Below are positions 14,501 through 27,248 of a stretch of DNA of 64,000 nucleotides, in pieces. Numbering within the stretch: position 1 is the first letter of the stretch; every line of letters starts with the position of its first letter. A program made the position numbers and the translations under genes. A model generated the notes under the pieces. It saw nothing but the letters and a program-made list of their open reading frames with translations. It was not told where the DNA came from and searched no databases. The DNA lies in contig NW_026936410.1 of the NCBI RefSeq assembly GCF_032062105.1, forward strand, positions 496,001 to 560,000. The letters are read 5' to 3'. Source of the DNA: Saccostrea cucullata. Taxonomy: Eukaryota.

Positions 14501-15175
14501 TTTATACCCCTTTAGAAGGTGAGTCAGTTCCATTTCCCCATCAAATCTGTCAGCCTGTCCTGCTGAACGTATTAGATTTTTATGATCCACATAGTGGGTA
14601 AAAGGAATGTTTACACTATCAGCCGGAATGACCTCAAATCCATTGGAAATCACATCCGAGTCCTCCATATCTCCTGAGGTGACCTCAGATTTACTCAAGG
14701 TCATGGAGTCACTACTTTCCATTTGACTAGAATCTTTGGTTTTCATATCCACTTCTGTTTTCACTTCTTTACCATCTTCAACATCCTTTGACTTGTTGTC
14801 TTCCCCTGTACGCTTGTCAGTTTCTTTTTCCTGAGTTTTTATCACAACTTCCTTATTTGTTTTAACATTATCAGTATCTTCTCCTTCTTCCACTTTTAAA
14901 CTTTCTTCCCTTTCATTGTCAGCTTCGTTTTCATCATCAGCTTCATTTTCACTGTCAGCCTCATTTTCATTTTTATCCTGCTCACCAGACTCTCTCAGGT
15001 CATCAGACTCCTTGACTATTTCTGCTTGACTCTCTTCTTCCTCTTTCTTTCTGTCAACAATATCTTCATCGTTTGATAGTCCTTCCTGAAATCCATCAAT
15101 CACTTGTTCTTCTTTTTCTCTACCTTCAATATCTTTCCCTAGATCATTCTTTTCATATTCAATATTTTTCTCCAT
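2572..15175 (-). CDS. TBC1D24: TBC1 domain family member 24 / skywalker-like Rab-GAP (5' part, multi-exon; TLDc-domain exons lie left of the window)
   Basis: Exons read with GT-AG and consistent phases: 15175-14347 (ATG, acidic extension, then ELKDFHRKNSWDTHHTIRGQLW), 14103-13796 (LPPFVD..YHLSEQG..PEILYCPTLY..IFLHYM), 13446-13345 (VFDTWMWWLFSDLPFPH), 11023-10933 (VRILDCYLVEGVKVLYRIVLAIL), 5628-5519 (IRQFCTNMPFPVEKLLK), 2784-2572 (RGFRIRGLKKKEI..SSIITSNEM). These motifs match the TBC1D24/skywalker TBC domain as I recall it. Confidence 0.92.
3096..3895 (-). mobile_element. Second, inverted copy of the same MITE, abutting the first at a shared TA (3896-3897)
   Basis: 3096-3868 is the reverse complement of ~4016-4772 with few differences. 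It ends TTGACTG-TA; about 110 bp next to the inner TIR are replaced by a 20-nt segment. Confidence 0.85.
3898..4772 (+). mobile_element. Tc1/mariner-superfamily (pogo/Tigger-like) MITE, intact copy
   Basis: TA-CAGTCAATTCTCGA...TCGAGAATTAACTG-TA terminal inverted repeats flanked by TA. No coding capacity. Confidence 0.85.
5790..10531 (+). mobile_element. Near full-length, frameshifted CR1-group (Crack/L2-like) LINE, antisense in a TBC1D24 intron
   Basis: Broken ORF1 ~5868-7000 (coiled coil, LQWRSMKYNLVFTGL). APE endonuclease 7025-7780 (LLECW, GGGVVIFV, YIPP, GDFNAR, SDH). RT 8196-9818 (PIFKKG, NYRGITL, QFGF, QGEILSP, YADD; KAFD reads KAFH). C-terminal IETGRY..CxxC..H..C at 9988-10389. The 3' end is AATAAA(GAACT)3 plus an A-run. 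The 5' boundary is approximate and there is no clear TSD. Confidence 0.92.
10670..10975. repeat. Degenerate ~42-bp minisatellite overlapping the 3' end and donor of a TBC1D24 exon
   Basis: Recurring CTGAGTATTTTGTAAATGAGTATAGCTAGAACAATTACTTAC-like units at ~10672, 10740, 10781, 10855 and 10891, and the exon copy at 10933. Confidence 0.8.
11791..12234. mobile_element. Degenerate TTAA-flanked (Kolobok-like) MITE
   Basis: TTAA-GGTCATACGCAACGT ... ACCTTGTGTATGTC-TTAA imperfect TIRs. Confidence 0.5.
11939..12031. mobile_element. 93-bp fold-back mini-MITE with 8-bp TSD, nested in the previous element
   Basis: CACAGGCACTTGTTTC / GAAACAAGTGCCTGTG termini, a palindromic interior, and GAAAAAAA on both sides. 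Confidence 0.7.
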
Positions 15176-16782
15176 GTCCTTTGGATAAATGTATTCAGAT
15201 ATCTATCCCATGATTGCACTGGTAATGAAGCTACTATCTCCCGTATCTAAATATTGCTTAATTTGGATGTTGCGACCTGGGATTCAACCTACAAAGAAGG
15301 GAAATTCATATTTAAATTCATGAACACAAGTCTAGACTGTCATGTAACATATGGATGATTTTAAAAAGGTGCTAATGTATTCAGTTAATGGTCATTTCAG
15401 ACAAACTTTTATAGGACACTGGAGGGAATGAGCTACCTGTAAAATATATGGCCAACATTTAAAGAAATAATTTTTTAGACATTCAGCACTGGAACTGACA
15501 TGCAAAATATTTTATTGGTGTTAAGAAAAGTTTAAAGTAAATGCATCTGAGTAATTATAGTCTGGCTTTTTTACCTTTTTTCACTTCATATTTGTTATTC
15601 CTTATTCACTCAGAGAAGAGCTAGGTCTGTTACTGATAAGAATTAGCTTTCATATCCATTATCCAGATCACTTAAAATTTTTAATCAATATATTTAAATC
15701 ACTAAAAAAAGATTCTACAAGATATTTTATAAATCAAATGGTTGCAGCATTGACATTCACGTTAGTGCATATGCAGATGAAAATTACTTCTGTACAGGAT
15801 TAAGTCTATTTAAGACCTTTCACATCCATCAAATTTAAGATTGATGTATGATCCTCTCATGTTTTAGTTAAAAAGTTTAATGTTAATTTAATATCAAATT
15901 GTCAGTACACTCATACTCCCAATAAACAGTACATCTGTCCATCACAAGAAATTATTTTTGAACATTTGTAAATTATGTGAGACTTTGTAGATAAAACGCT
16001 CCATTAAAATGTTCAAGGACATGCAGTTTCGCCAGATAAGAAAATATTTAGATGCCCTAATATGCCCATCAATTTTCCATTTGGTGATTACATTTAAAAA
16101 ATTCCAGCAAAATTTTTAGGTTACCTTAATTGTTATCAACATGTATTGCAATGAATTGAAAAATGAAAACCCTTACTTTTTCTCAAGCAGTTCATGTTCT
16201 AATGTCTTGCCTTCATTGCCTTATTGCATTATTTCAGCAAAAACCTCATATATATTGCACAAGTGAATGCACAATTTTCAAAGCTGAAACCATACAAGAT
16301 CTATGACAGTCACAATAATTTATTGCATGAATCTGCCCTATTAAAGCCATTTCAATTTAGCACTGTCTACCGAGATATATCCAATTCATGACAATTAAGG
16401 AAATAAGAGCTAGGGGTTTTTTTTGGTTTTTTTTTCAGATTTAAAGGGAATATTAAATTTATGTACTGTGTATCGTTATCAATTTGAAAGTATTAAATGC
16501 AAATTAGCAGCCTAAAATAAGTATACCAATGTTATTATTATTTTCTGTCGAAAGTTTAATTTGTTTTCAATAATCAATAAAATAATGCAATCAATTTGAA
16601 TTTTGAATTAAATTTGAGGACTCCATTATAACTTTCTTAACCTGTTTATACACTTTATCAAACAATGATTGAGGAGTCCCAATAGAAATCAATGAATATT
16701 CTAGATATTTCTTTCAATCTACCGGTAAGAGAAGGTCACTAAGCATTCTTTTTAAAGTGCAATGTGCATGTATCATTTATTT

Positions 16783-17280
16783 AACTAGACACAAATATGC
16801 CAAATTGTCACATAAATGGCAGTGATGTAAAGAAAGCCTAGACTGAATCTGTGTACAAAAACATATTTGTACTGTCAAGCAATCTGGAATACAACATACA
16901 GTGTCAGAGAACCAAGAAAAACATGGCCCCATGGCAAATGTATACATCTTTATTTAAAAAAGAAAGTCTAAGTCCAAGGTCAATATCATTAGATCAAAAA
17001 TCTGTAATCCAAAGAGAGGTCTTAAGTGTTACAAAGAGTACAAATGTGAAATAAGAATGGCCTTGTAGCAACCTTTCTGAAGTTATGATCAAGGTTATAA
17101 TTTTTCAAAGGTATCTCAAACTTCAAGGTCAAAGTCAGAAGGTACAATTTTTTTCACAGAAATAGAAAGTTTATATCATCACAAGGAATCGTGACATGTG
17201 GAATATGAAAACCCTGGGACCTACCATTCAAATAAACTATGGCCTAAGCTAAAATTGATTAAGGTATTTCAAAAGTAGTT
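16783..17280. repeat. Decayed satellite-bearing Helentron-derived (HINE-like) fragment
   Basis: Starts AACTAGA and contains AAGGTCAA/AAGTTATG motifs resembling the units at 36036-36605. Confidence 0.4.
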
Positions 17281-17889
17281 TGCTTCAAATTCCACAGATT
17301 TAGCATGCAGGTTTCAGAGGAGCTGCAAAAAATGTAGCCCCCCTCCTTTTTTTTTTTAAAAAGAAATCTAATAAAAATTGGAGTGGGCTAATATCATTTT
17401 CTCTTTAAACTACACAAAAAAATATTTTACAAGCCTTGTACAGAAAAAAAATCAATTATCTCATTAGTCAGACTACTTGCTTTTTGAGGAAATATTGATA
17501 TCTAAATAACCTGGAAATAAAACAAGTATCTAGGCAACAATGAATATATCAAAAAAATTAATCCTTTTTACAGTTTTTGAAAGAATCCTTAATGCATATT
17601 AAGTAACAAAACATGATGAGCTAAACAAAATATTATCAACATAAAATGTTTTGATCCGACACAGTTTAAATACTGTCAATTCACTCATTTTGTGGTTGTT
17701 GTGGTGGGACTGTATGCCTATGTGTAATTTTTGTTTTGTTTTCAAGGTATGAAGAGACCCATGCAATCGATTTAAGTTTACTACCTTATTTGACTATTCT
17801 TCATTCAAATATGTGTTCAAATGTCAAACCACAAAAATTTGACGAGATTAAAATACGTGATTTTACAATACCTGTACCTCTTTATGGCA

Positions 17890-18482
17890 AACTAATATCC
17901 ATCACATTTTGATTAAATAAAAAAAAAATTATCTTAAAAAATACAGCTGGACTCAAATCATTCCAAAACCACATCCTCTAACTTAAACATAATTAGCATG
18001 GACAGTAATTAATGGAATGTTAGCAATGTAAGATGGAGTCTTCTTATTATCAATGAATGTAACAGATAAATCTGTAGATAAGTGTGTGTCCTTAGGCTAA
18101 GTATATAAAATCAGGTCAAGATATCTTGTTTGGTTAACTATTTGAAAAATATTTATAATACATGTTATTATCCTCATATTCCCCTAACTAATATCCATCA
18201 CATTTTGATTAAATAAAAAAAAAAATTATCTTAAAAAATACAGCTGGACTCAAATCATTCCAAAACCACATCCTCTAACTTAAACATAATTAGCATGGAC
18301 AGTAATTAATGGAATGTTAGCAATGTAAGATGGAGTCTTCTTATTATCAATGAATGTAACAGATAAATCTGTAGATAAGTGTGTGTCCTTAGGCTAAGTA
18401 TATAAAATCAGGTCAAGATATCTTGTTTGGTTAACTATTTGAAAAATATTTATAATACATGTTATTATCCTCATATTCCCTA
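17890..18482. repeat. Near-perfect 296-bp tandem duplication (2 copies)
   Basis: 17890-18185 is repeated at 18186-18482. The visible differences are in homopolymer lengths. Confidence 0.95.
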
Positions 18483-18704
18483 CTATACTTATAGCCATGT
18501 AAAGTACAAACAACAAACTCTCTGTCACCTGAGTGAGGCTGACACAGCTTCTAAATGACTCAGATATCTTAATTTATCAATAAGAGATGAGGCAGTCTGT
18601 CAGTGTATGATTTATAATAACTTCAAAGTTTATAAATTCCAGTTAATGAATCATCCAAAGCAAGGTATCCATCCTTAGTACTATGACTTTTGCTGTGTTT
18701 TAAT

Positions 18705-18810
18705 TAGCTGCAATAATGTAGCCCTCTCCGATTTTTTTAATCTGCTATTTTCTGGAGAGGCCTCCCCTTCCCTCTCCAGAAAAAGGATAAGGGCTACATT
18801 ATTGTAGCTA
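18705..18810. mobile_element. Short TAGCTGCA-ended MITE (related ends to the MULE-like MITEs below)
   Basis: TAGCTGCAATAATGTAGCCCT / AGGGCTACATTATTGTAGCTA TIRs and an internal TTTTCTGGAGAGG/CCTCTCCAGAAAA hairpin. TSD not clear. Confidence 0.6.
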
Positions 18811-19498
18811 GTCTGTATTAAATTAAATGCAGAATTAAGCTATTAAAAGTCAATTTTTATTTGTCATTAATGAGATTTTTTCATTAATCAATGATGGTAA
18901 TTATGCAACAAATATTTGAAATGTTCTTGAACATTTGGAAATCATCAATTTTTGAGCAGCGACTTCTTACTAGAGACAATATGGTACAGTATATGGCCAT
19001 AAGAAAGTCATGATTGCATTTTTACATTTATATATATTTCATCAGAATGTTTTTTTATACCTTATTGTGAGGCCAATCTAAGCCCAACTTCCATGATTTT
19101 TTCACCGATTCGTGCAGAATTCTTCAAATGATACACTAATCATTCAGAATAATTTATAAAACCTTCAAGACAAAAAATTCTAGCCTCAAATTACTATGAT
19201 TTCTTAAAAAATTAGAGTCTGAAAATTTTTATATTGCATTAGACATGCAATATATCTGCAATGCCTGCAGATAAAATTATTTTGAAATAATTTGAAGAAA
19301 CTGTAAAGAATTCCACATTTAATGATGTTTTAGTCATAAAAAAATGAGTAAAAATTACAAAGCAATTATATTTTAGAAAAATGTATTTTTCAGTGTAATA
19401 TATTCAAGTGGAAATAAAATTATGACACACTTAATGGCCAGCTATATAGATGAAATCAAATTTGATAACCATGCAAAACATATGAATACATACATTTA

Positions 19499-19974
19499 TA
19501 GCTGCAGAACTGTAGCTCTGTGAAAAAAATATTTTGACAGACCAGAGAGCTAGAGTGCCACCCATTGAAAAGATTATGTATATATTATACAAAAAGGGTG
19601 CTGTTTCCCGATTTATTTCTCCATATTTTTAAACTGTGATAAAAGAAATATAACTAACCATGTGTTATTCCTTATAATTCAATTGTTATTAATAGCCCTC
19701 CTCGCCCTGAATTGAGATCATTGAAAATTTCATCTATTTTATATACTGCCATTTTGGTTTGCAAGATACTCTTCGTGCTGCTGTCAACTGCGAGAGTACT
19801 TCATAGAGGAGTAAGGCATTTTTTTTCGCGTTTGAGGTAAGAATTTGGAAGAATTAATCCAGAACTAAGCGCAACTTTTGTGCACAATAAATATACAGTT
19901 TTTACAATGGGTGGCACAGTAGCTCTCTGTTCTGTCAATATATATTTTTTCGGAGAGCTATAGTACTGCAGCTA
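19499..19974. mobile_element. MULE/Mutator-like MITE with ~70-bp TIRs and 9-bp TSD
   Basis: TAGCTGCAGAACTGTAGCTCT...AGAGCTATAGTACTGCAGCTA; TSD ATACATTTA at 19490-19498 and 19975-19983. Confidence 0.9.
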
Positions 19975-20387
19975 ATACATTTAGCAAAGAATATACAATT
20001 AAGTATTGCTCTAATCCTGTATGTTCTATCATTTGGATCCTCCTCCTCCCTTTTTTAAAATTTGTTAATGATATCATCGCCACCGGTGAAAAAATATATG
20101 AAAATTATCTGCCACTGACATTTTGCAAGATCTTTTTTCTTAATCATGTTAATATACTTAAGATGGTAATTATATACTTATGTGTTTCTAACAAATAATT
20201 CATTCAAAGTCATTGTGTATCACGATATATTGCAACCTCGGTAATTACTCTGAGATATTACGTCACTTATATAATGTCTGGTGCCCGAATCGATCTGCAG
20301 AAGAAATATTAAAATTTCAACGGAACTGCACTTCGGGGAAACATTTTTTACTTAAGTTATGGAAAGTTTAATAAATGTTTCACTTAC

Positions 20388-20450
20388 CTTTATCAATTTC
20401 TTTCTCTCTAGTTTCAGTTTCACGATTGTTTATCAAAGTTTCAACTGAAC
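20388..20450 (-). promoter_or_regulatory. Candidate non-coding first exon / TSS region of TBC1D24
   Basis: Consensus donor AAG|GTAAGT at 20388/20387, lying between the SERAC1 3' end and the TBC1D24 acceptor TTCTTTGTAG|G at 15289/15288. The upstream limit is a guess. Confidence 0.35.
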
Positions 20451-21156
20451 TTTTTATTTTTAACACAAAAAGGCGTATTGGATATTAGCTAACTTTTACC
20501 AATGATGTCCGATTAGTAGAAGATAACACGTACTTAAACTTATTCGTTTTTCTCTATTGTTGGCAGCTTTCTGATCGGCTCATACTAGATCACTTGTGAT
20601 GATCATGAATAAAAGTCTTATACACTTTATGTTTCTATTTCATGCATTTAAAAAGCTTATAAACCTACTGCCTTTTTATATAGAAACATTCTTCTGTGAA
20701 TTTAAGCAACAATAGTGGCTGTGTTGATATAATTTTTGTTACAAGTCTTGAATAAAAACTGGATGATACTGCAGCTGCTACTATGTCATAACAATGCCTT
20801 ATATGAGAAAGTACTGGCATTTATATAATACAATCTTGTCTTAATCAAAATTTGGATCAAATTTTTGTGTTGCTCAAGTTAGACTTGTTCTATTTTCTCT
20901 ATCACTATATAAATTCTCCCTTCCATGCAAAGAACTGGTTTCAAATGATAAAAAATCTGCAAATTTGATATTAATGTTAATTATAATGAAAATATTTAAT
21001 GTACCTAGGTAACCTCAGTAAAGCTTTTACTGTCACTAGTTTTTTTGTGCAACTCAGGTTTAGCTGGCCATTAATTAACTATCCGGGTAACATTCATGCT
21101 ACATGATCCTAAGCAATTATAACATAGATTTTTTTTTAGATTTTCTTATTAAATGA

Positions 21157-21520
21157 TAATAATTTAATTCTGATTGTAACGCTGTATTTGATTGGATAAA
21201 AAATTTACTTCATATTGTATAAAATGGGTTGCCTACGTCACAATGACTTACGTCAAAAACGTATCAATCCGCTTGACGTTACATTCAAATTTTGTACAAA
21301 TTGAAGTCATTTTATTAGAACAATCACCTTTTTTTCTTGCATCAAATGAATGAAAATTAAATTATAAGCAATGAATTTAATAGCTACCCATTTTATACGG
21401 TATAAACTGGGTTGGAACAGTTTACGCTTTTTTATAAACCGCTTCGCGGTTTATAAAGCGTAAACTGCCCCAACCCAGTTTATACCGTATAAAATGGGTA
21501 GCTATTAAATTCATTCCTTA
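21157..21520. mobile_element. Non-autonomous element ending in a 156-bp near-perfect palindrome (family uncertain, possibly Crypton-type)
   Basis: 21365-21520 is a hairpin centred on CCGC-TTC-GCGG. Related inverted, decayed copies lie at ~31090-31437 and ~57990-58270. Confidence 0.7.
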
Positions 21521-22811
21521 AAAGAAATATAATAAAACAAATACATGTGTATAGCATTTAAATTTGTAAATTATCTATAATTAATTATATGGATCTTGGA
21601 GAAAGCATAATGATCTTGGTGCTTATAGTTCATGCTCGGCCAATATGCTTTTTCTGAGGTCTATATACATGTATCTAGGTATAACCTCAGCAAAAGGCTT
21701 CATTTGTGTAATATCCAATTTATTTACCGACTCCATTGCACATTTAAACAACAGACGTACACTGTAGTTTGAAATTAGATGTGAGTTCCACTCCCATACT
21801 CCCTTAAGTATGTTAGTGTAGTTGAGCATGTGAGCAGATCTAACATCTCAATTTAATTAGATTTAAGATTATCCAAGTTTAAAATCGAAGAAAATTTCAT
21901 TTAAAAATGTAAAAATAACATTTAAAATGTATCTCTACACTCAAACTTGTATTATTATTCTTTTAGCTCAGATATACCGGGTATATAAGTTTATATCTTA
22001 TATATGACTGCAATATTTTGTTACAGCAATTTGGTATATATTTTCTGAATTTTTAGCATTTGAATAAAAACATGTATTTTCATAATGTGAAAAAAAGTTT
22101 AATTAAAACTAAATGTAACAACAAAAGAAAACAATCAAAAAGACAGTAACATTGTGATAACACTGGTCAACAATTGAAATCAGGAAGATTTACAGACATT
22201 CACAATAATACAGTGTACTATGCAGGGGTTACCCCCTCTCTACTCCCATCTGCATTCATAAACTTGTCACCGACTAAGAGATAAAAATAAAAATTATTTG
22301 GCTAAAAAACAATAAATCAATAATAATATGAGGTTCAATTTTTCATTTGCAGGGCAGCATTTCTTAAAAATTGATAAGAAATTATGACAAATAAAACAAA
22401 TATTACATGGATTCAGATCTCATTTATGTGAACACCATCAAGATAAGACAAGAATTAACAGAGACTTTGATTTATCTAGATCTATCTCCAACAGAAACAG
22501 TTCTTTTTAAATACATTTGAATTTACCCGTTTACATGCACTAGCTAGCAGCTAGAATATAGTTGTCTTTTTCAAAAAATAAATTAAAAATAAAACTTTTT
22601 CTGTGCATTTCATGCAACACGTGCCATATTATATAAACAATCTGCACTATGAGAGTGTGTGCACTATTAAAAATCTTCAGTCGTAATTTTTTTTTTCTTA
22701 CACAAGATACTCTTAAGTATGTAGCATAGTCAAATATATTTTCAAAAATAAATAAATACAGTGTATTATGCCACTTTGCTCATATAAAATTCAATCCCTA
22801 TGGAAAACATT

Positions 22812-25800
22812 TTACTTGCTGAATCTATCCACACTTATTCGACTTTGGACAACATTTCCAGTCTTCAAGATGCGGTTTACTGGATCTAACATTATACAGT
22901 GTTTGATAAATTTGACTGTGAGCAAATAAAGCTCAGAATTCTGGTCCCACGGCTTGCATACATTAAGGTGAGTGGTTGACAAAGGGTGGAACTCTCCAAT
23001 ACCAGGATCTGTAAAACATCCAATAATTCATTAACAATCATTCAATGGGATTTTTAGTGCATAGACATTGTACACTGTGTATATGAAACTAATGTCATAA
23101 ATAAACATTTCTCTAGTCTCAGGAGGAATGGTAATGCAAGTTCTTTACTTATACTAGTAAAACATAGTTTGACTCAACCATGATCTTGATTTGATATCAA
23201 TGTCATGGTCTTGTCCTTGAACAAGCAACACTGACTGATACCTCCTAAATCTAATCTGTCAAAAATTGCTTGATCATACCCAAAACAGAAAATGACTTAA
23301 ATATTTCTACGATAAATCTGTAAACCATAATTTCCTTTCAGCATGTGTAACCTCTGCAGAGAAATTGAACAGAAACTGCAAATAATTGGAATTTTTGTAA
23401 GTCCAAGGGGCATAACTCTGTCAAAAATTGCTCAATCATACCCAAAACAGAACCTGATCTAGATATTATTATGATAAATTATATACAAAATTTCATTTCA
23501 GTATGTGCAGCCTCTACGAAGAAAATGAATGCAAAATGTTGGTGGACCAACAAATAGACTTACCGACAGACAGACAACAGTAAAGCAATTTGCCCTCACT
23601 TCTTTGAAGGAACAATACGAACTTTTGACTGTTCTTACCACTAGACTCAGGTGGAACAATAAGAAGTTTGATTCTTTTGTATCCAACAGTCTGCTTCTCA
23701 GTTTCACCAAAACTCAGGCACTTGATTCTGTTTTCTGTCACAATCTGCTTAAAGTTGCTGTGCAATGTTCTCAGAGCTAAAGAATCTAAAAAAAGACTTT
23801 AATTGTTTAAATATTGTTAGAATAGTGCACATTTTATGGTTCACAGTAGAATGTTGTATTGACCAGAAGACAACTGATAAAATTATTTACAAAATCTATG
23901 AGGTACATGTTTTAAATCATCAATTCAGATTAACGTTACATTGTAATTTCTAGCCAACCCCAACATATTTTTTTGTTTTACAAATACATAAAACATAAAA
24001 TCATTTAATAGTAAGGAAAGATCTTGAGATGATATTGTTCTATAATATTCATTGTCTGAAATAGCATGAGCTTGTTATATTCACATTTTGAAGTTACGTA
24101 TGTTCCAAACATCATTTTGCATTAACTGTAGGCACCTAATATGAATAAGTTAAAGTGTACCCTGACTGAGTTCCTGGACCTCTACTGTGGGGGAGAAGAT
24201 ACGACTCCCCCGGTTGGAGATGTTGGCCAGGGCGGAGCCTCGGTGGGGAGTGCTGTAAAAGATAACCCCCGACGTGTTGTGGACAATGTCTGAACAATCT
24301 GGACTTAGGTTACTCTGACAGAGAACTTCCTTAACCAACAGCCCTGTATCAAAAGTAAAATCACAGTGTAAAAGATGCTTAAGTTTATAGATTTTATGTT
24401 GGGAAGGCAAGCAAATACAGAATTACCACTGAGTAAAACACAACACAGCAATTAACTTATTAATTATATCAAAATTAACACAATTTGTTGACTTTTTTTC
24501 AAGTAAGTGTTTTTCTTCATTTAAACATTTTTAATGTATTTCATTTTAAACGAATATTGCCTTAATAACTTAGCATCTTAAAGAAGTTAGATTTACCTCC
24601 CATTGAATGTGTGACCCAGATAATAGGTCGTGACCCCACCCCTGCTGCCTTCAACTTCTTCTGAAGTTCTGAAGCTCGCCTTGGTAAGGAACGCCTACAA
24701 CACATTAAATGCTGATCTATAGAAACATATAGGTACCTTTTTAAATTTATAAACTTTGTTCTTTGATAGTTATATTAGTAATTATTTTTTAATAAAGATT
24801 ATCAGCAAATCTATCTATGATGTGGAATTTTTACAAATGATATATCAGTAGTAAAGAAAAGAAGGTACATTACTTACTTTTCTGTCTCATATGGACAGTT
24901 TGCATTCCATGTACTGAGATTTGTGTCATACTCTACGGACAAAATACGGACAAAGGGAACATCCTTTGACAGCCAATCCTTATAAAAAATTAAATTAATT
25001 AATTATATCTATCTGCATTTCATAGATCAATCAAGTCTTGATATTAAAAATATCCTTTACTACAAATTGCAAATTACATGTATAAATAAAAAGCATATAA
25101 ATGAACTTTGAATTAATTTGATAACTATTTTTTATGAAAATGTTCAACATTAACCTATATATTTAATACAGAATTAGAAATGTCAGCCCTAATGTCTTTT
25201 TAAAATAACTAGTAGTATACATCTTACTATTGGAATTTTGCATTTACAATGACGTTGCATTCAACTGTACTTGTGTGCAGAAATCAGGCTACAGAGGTGG
25301 CAGGGAGACGCTTGTACAAGTAAACAGCTAGAGATTTTTTTGTTCACAGATTTCTCATCCATACCTTTGGCCAGCAGAAGGTGTATGTTCCTTTGCGGAC
25401 ACTTGCCGGCCCTTCTGCTACATTGTCTTTGTCTGGCATCTTCCTGTCCTGTTGTCTCCAGGTTTTAAAAGGTCCACCAAGTAATCCATGGACAAACACC
25501 ACATCAGCCATCACTGGGTCTCTACAAATATATCGTATCACTAATATATCTTGCACACATTTAAATATAAAGAATCGTGCAAAATATGTGATAAGTTCTA
25601 AAGGTAATAGTCAAAATATCAAATCTTCATTCAACTAAACTTGAAATTAGCTAACAGTATGATTCTCACTGAATCATATTCTTCATTTACTATAATAATA
25701 ATTGGTTGAATGTTATTTTACTTGGATCTCTTTGTTGGGTGTACAAGGTAGACTCCACTGGGATACAGAAATGTCCCATCATCCCTGTCTAGATTAACTA

Positions 25801-27184
25801 GTGCTCTAGAGGCGTGTAATGACAGCTGAAGGTCAGAGGACTTAGACCATTTATACAAAAGGGATACCCAACCTGAAAATACAGGAGTCTCATTTACATG
25901 TATATGTTTATATCCGGGATACCTAATAACACAATAATCATAGTCTACAATGTTTCAAATTTTATAAACAAAGTACAGTAAAACACAGGTATACCCTTAT
26001 AGGAAAATAACAGTCAAAAGAGTGGATTTTTCAATTTCCACGAGCATCTGCTCTAGAGTCGCGAAGTAAGGAGTTAATCCTTACATCGCGGGTTTAAATC
26101 CCACTGTGGGAATTGGAGATCTTCAGATGAGACCGTATAAACCGAGGTCCCGTGTCGCAGTAGGTGCTGGCACAAAAAGATCCCTCACTGCTCAATGGCC
26201 CTGAGTGCCGAGTACAGGACAAAATTTGTAGCTCTCCACCGGCAAGTAGTGGCATCTCCATACGAGTGAAAAATTCTTGAGAGGGACATTAAACAACAGT
26301 ACCAGTAAAAGGCTTGCCCTATGTGCCTCCGGGTGCAACAAGGACTAGGTAGGTAGTAGGTACCAGTAAAAGTACCAGTATTGTCATCGTCGCAAACCAA
26401 GGCCAAAATGTACGATCTTCTCCCATTCTGAATGTGGTTGCAAGAGACGAGACGAGAATATTTCGTGTCGCATTTAAGAAGTGAGCAATGTGAGTAAAGC
26501 ATAGTCAGAAATTGACCTTTCATGCAACCTTTAAATACCCAATCGCAGTGTACGAAATACTGCTGATGTAATTTGTCGATTTCAATTGCGATGGAAACAA
26601 AACTTGTCATTGACTGAATAAGACCTCACAATAGAGAGGTGTAAATATTCAAGATTACGACACTTTTGGCGATCAAACAGCCACGGGTAGGAGAGAGCTA
26701 TATATGTGGACTCCGGACCGTGGTTTGAGACGATGCAGTATTGTAATCTTAACAGACACTATAACGAATCAAAATTGCTCATCCCTGGCAATTCACTATT
26801 GGCATATTTTACTGTACCTTTGTTCCAAAAAAAGCAAGATATGTTTGTGAAACCCTGATGTCCCCATATTGCTACTCATAGATAAAATATGTCCAGTTAT
26901 ATAAAGATATCCATTGCCAGAAAATATAAGAATACTTACTCCAGTAGGACTTAAGAATCTGAATTTGTTTTTACATCTTAACCTATCATTGCTACTTGTA
27001 ACAAACATAATCTTTGTGATTTTATTTGAGATATTGTGAGTAAATGATCTCACAAAATTCTAGCCCCTGCCACATCTTTTCCCCTAAATTACTGCATCTA
27101 ATGATTTAGTCTCACCATTTTATGGAGCAGATATAAGTTTTATACTTTTGTCTTCCAGTTACCTTAACTTTTTTTTTTTTGTTT

Positions 27185-27248
<64 letters not shown>

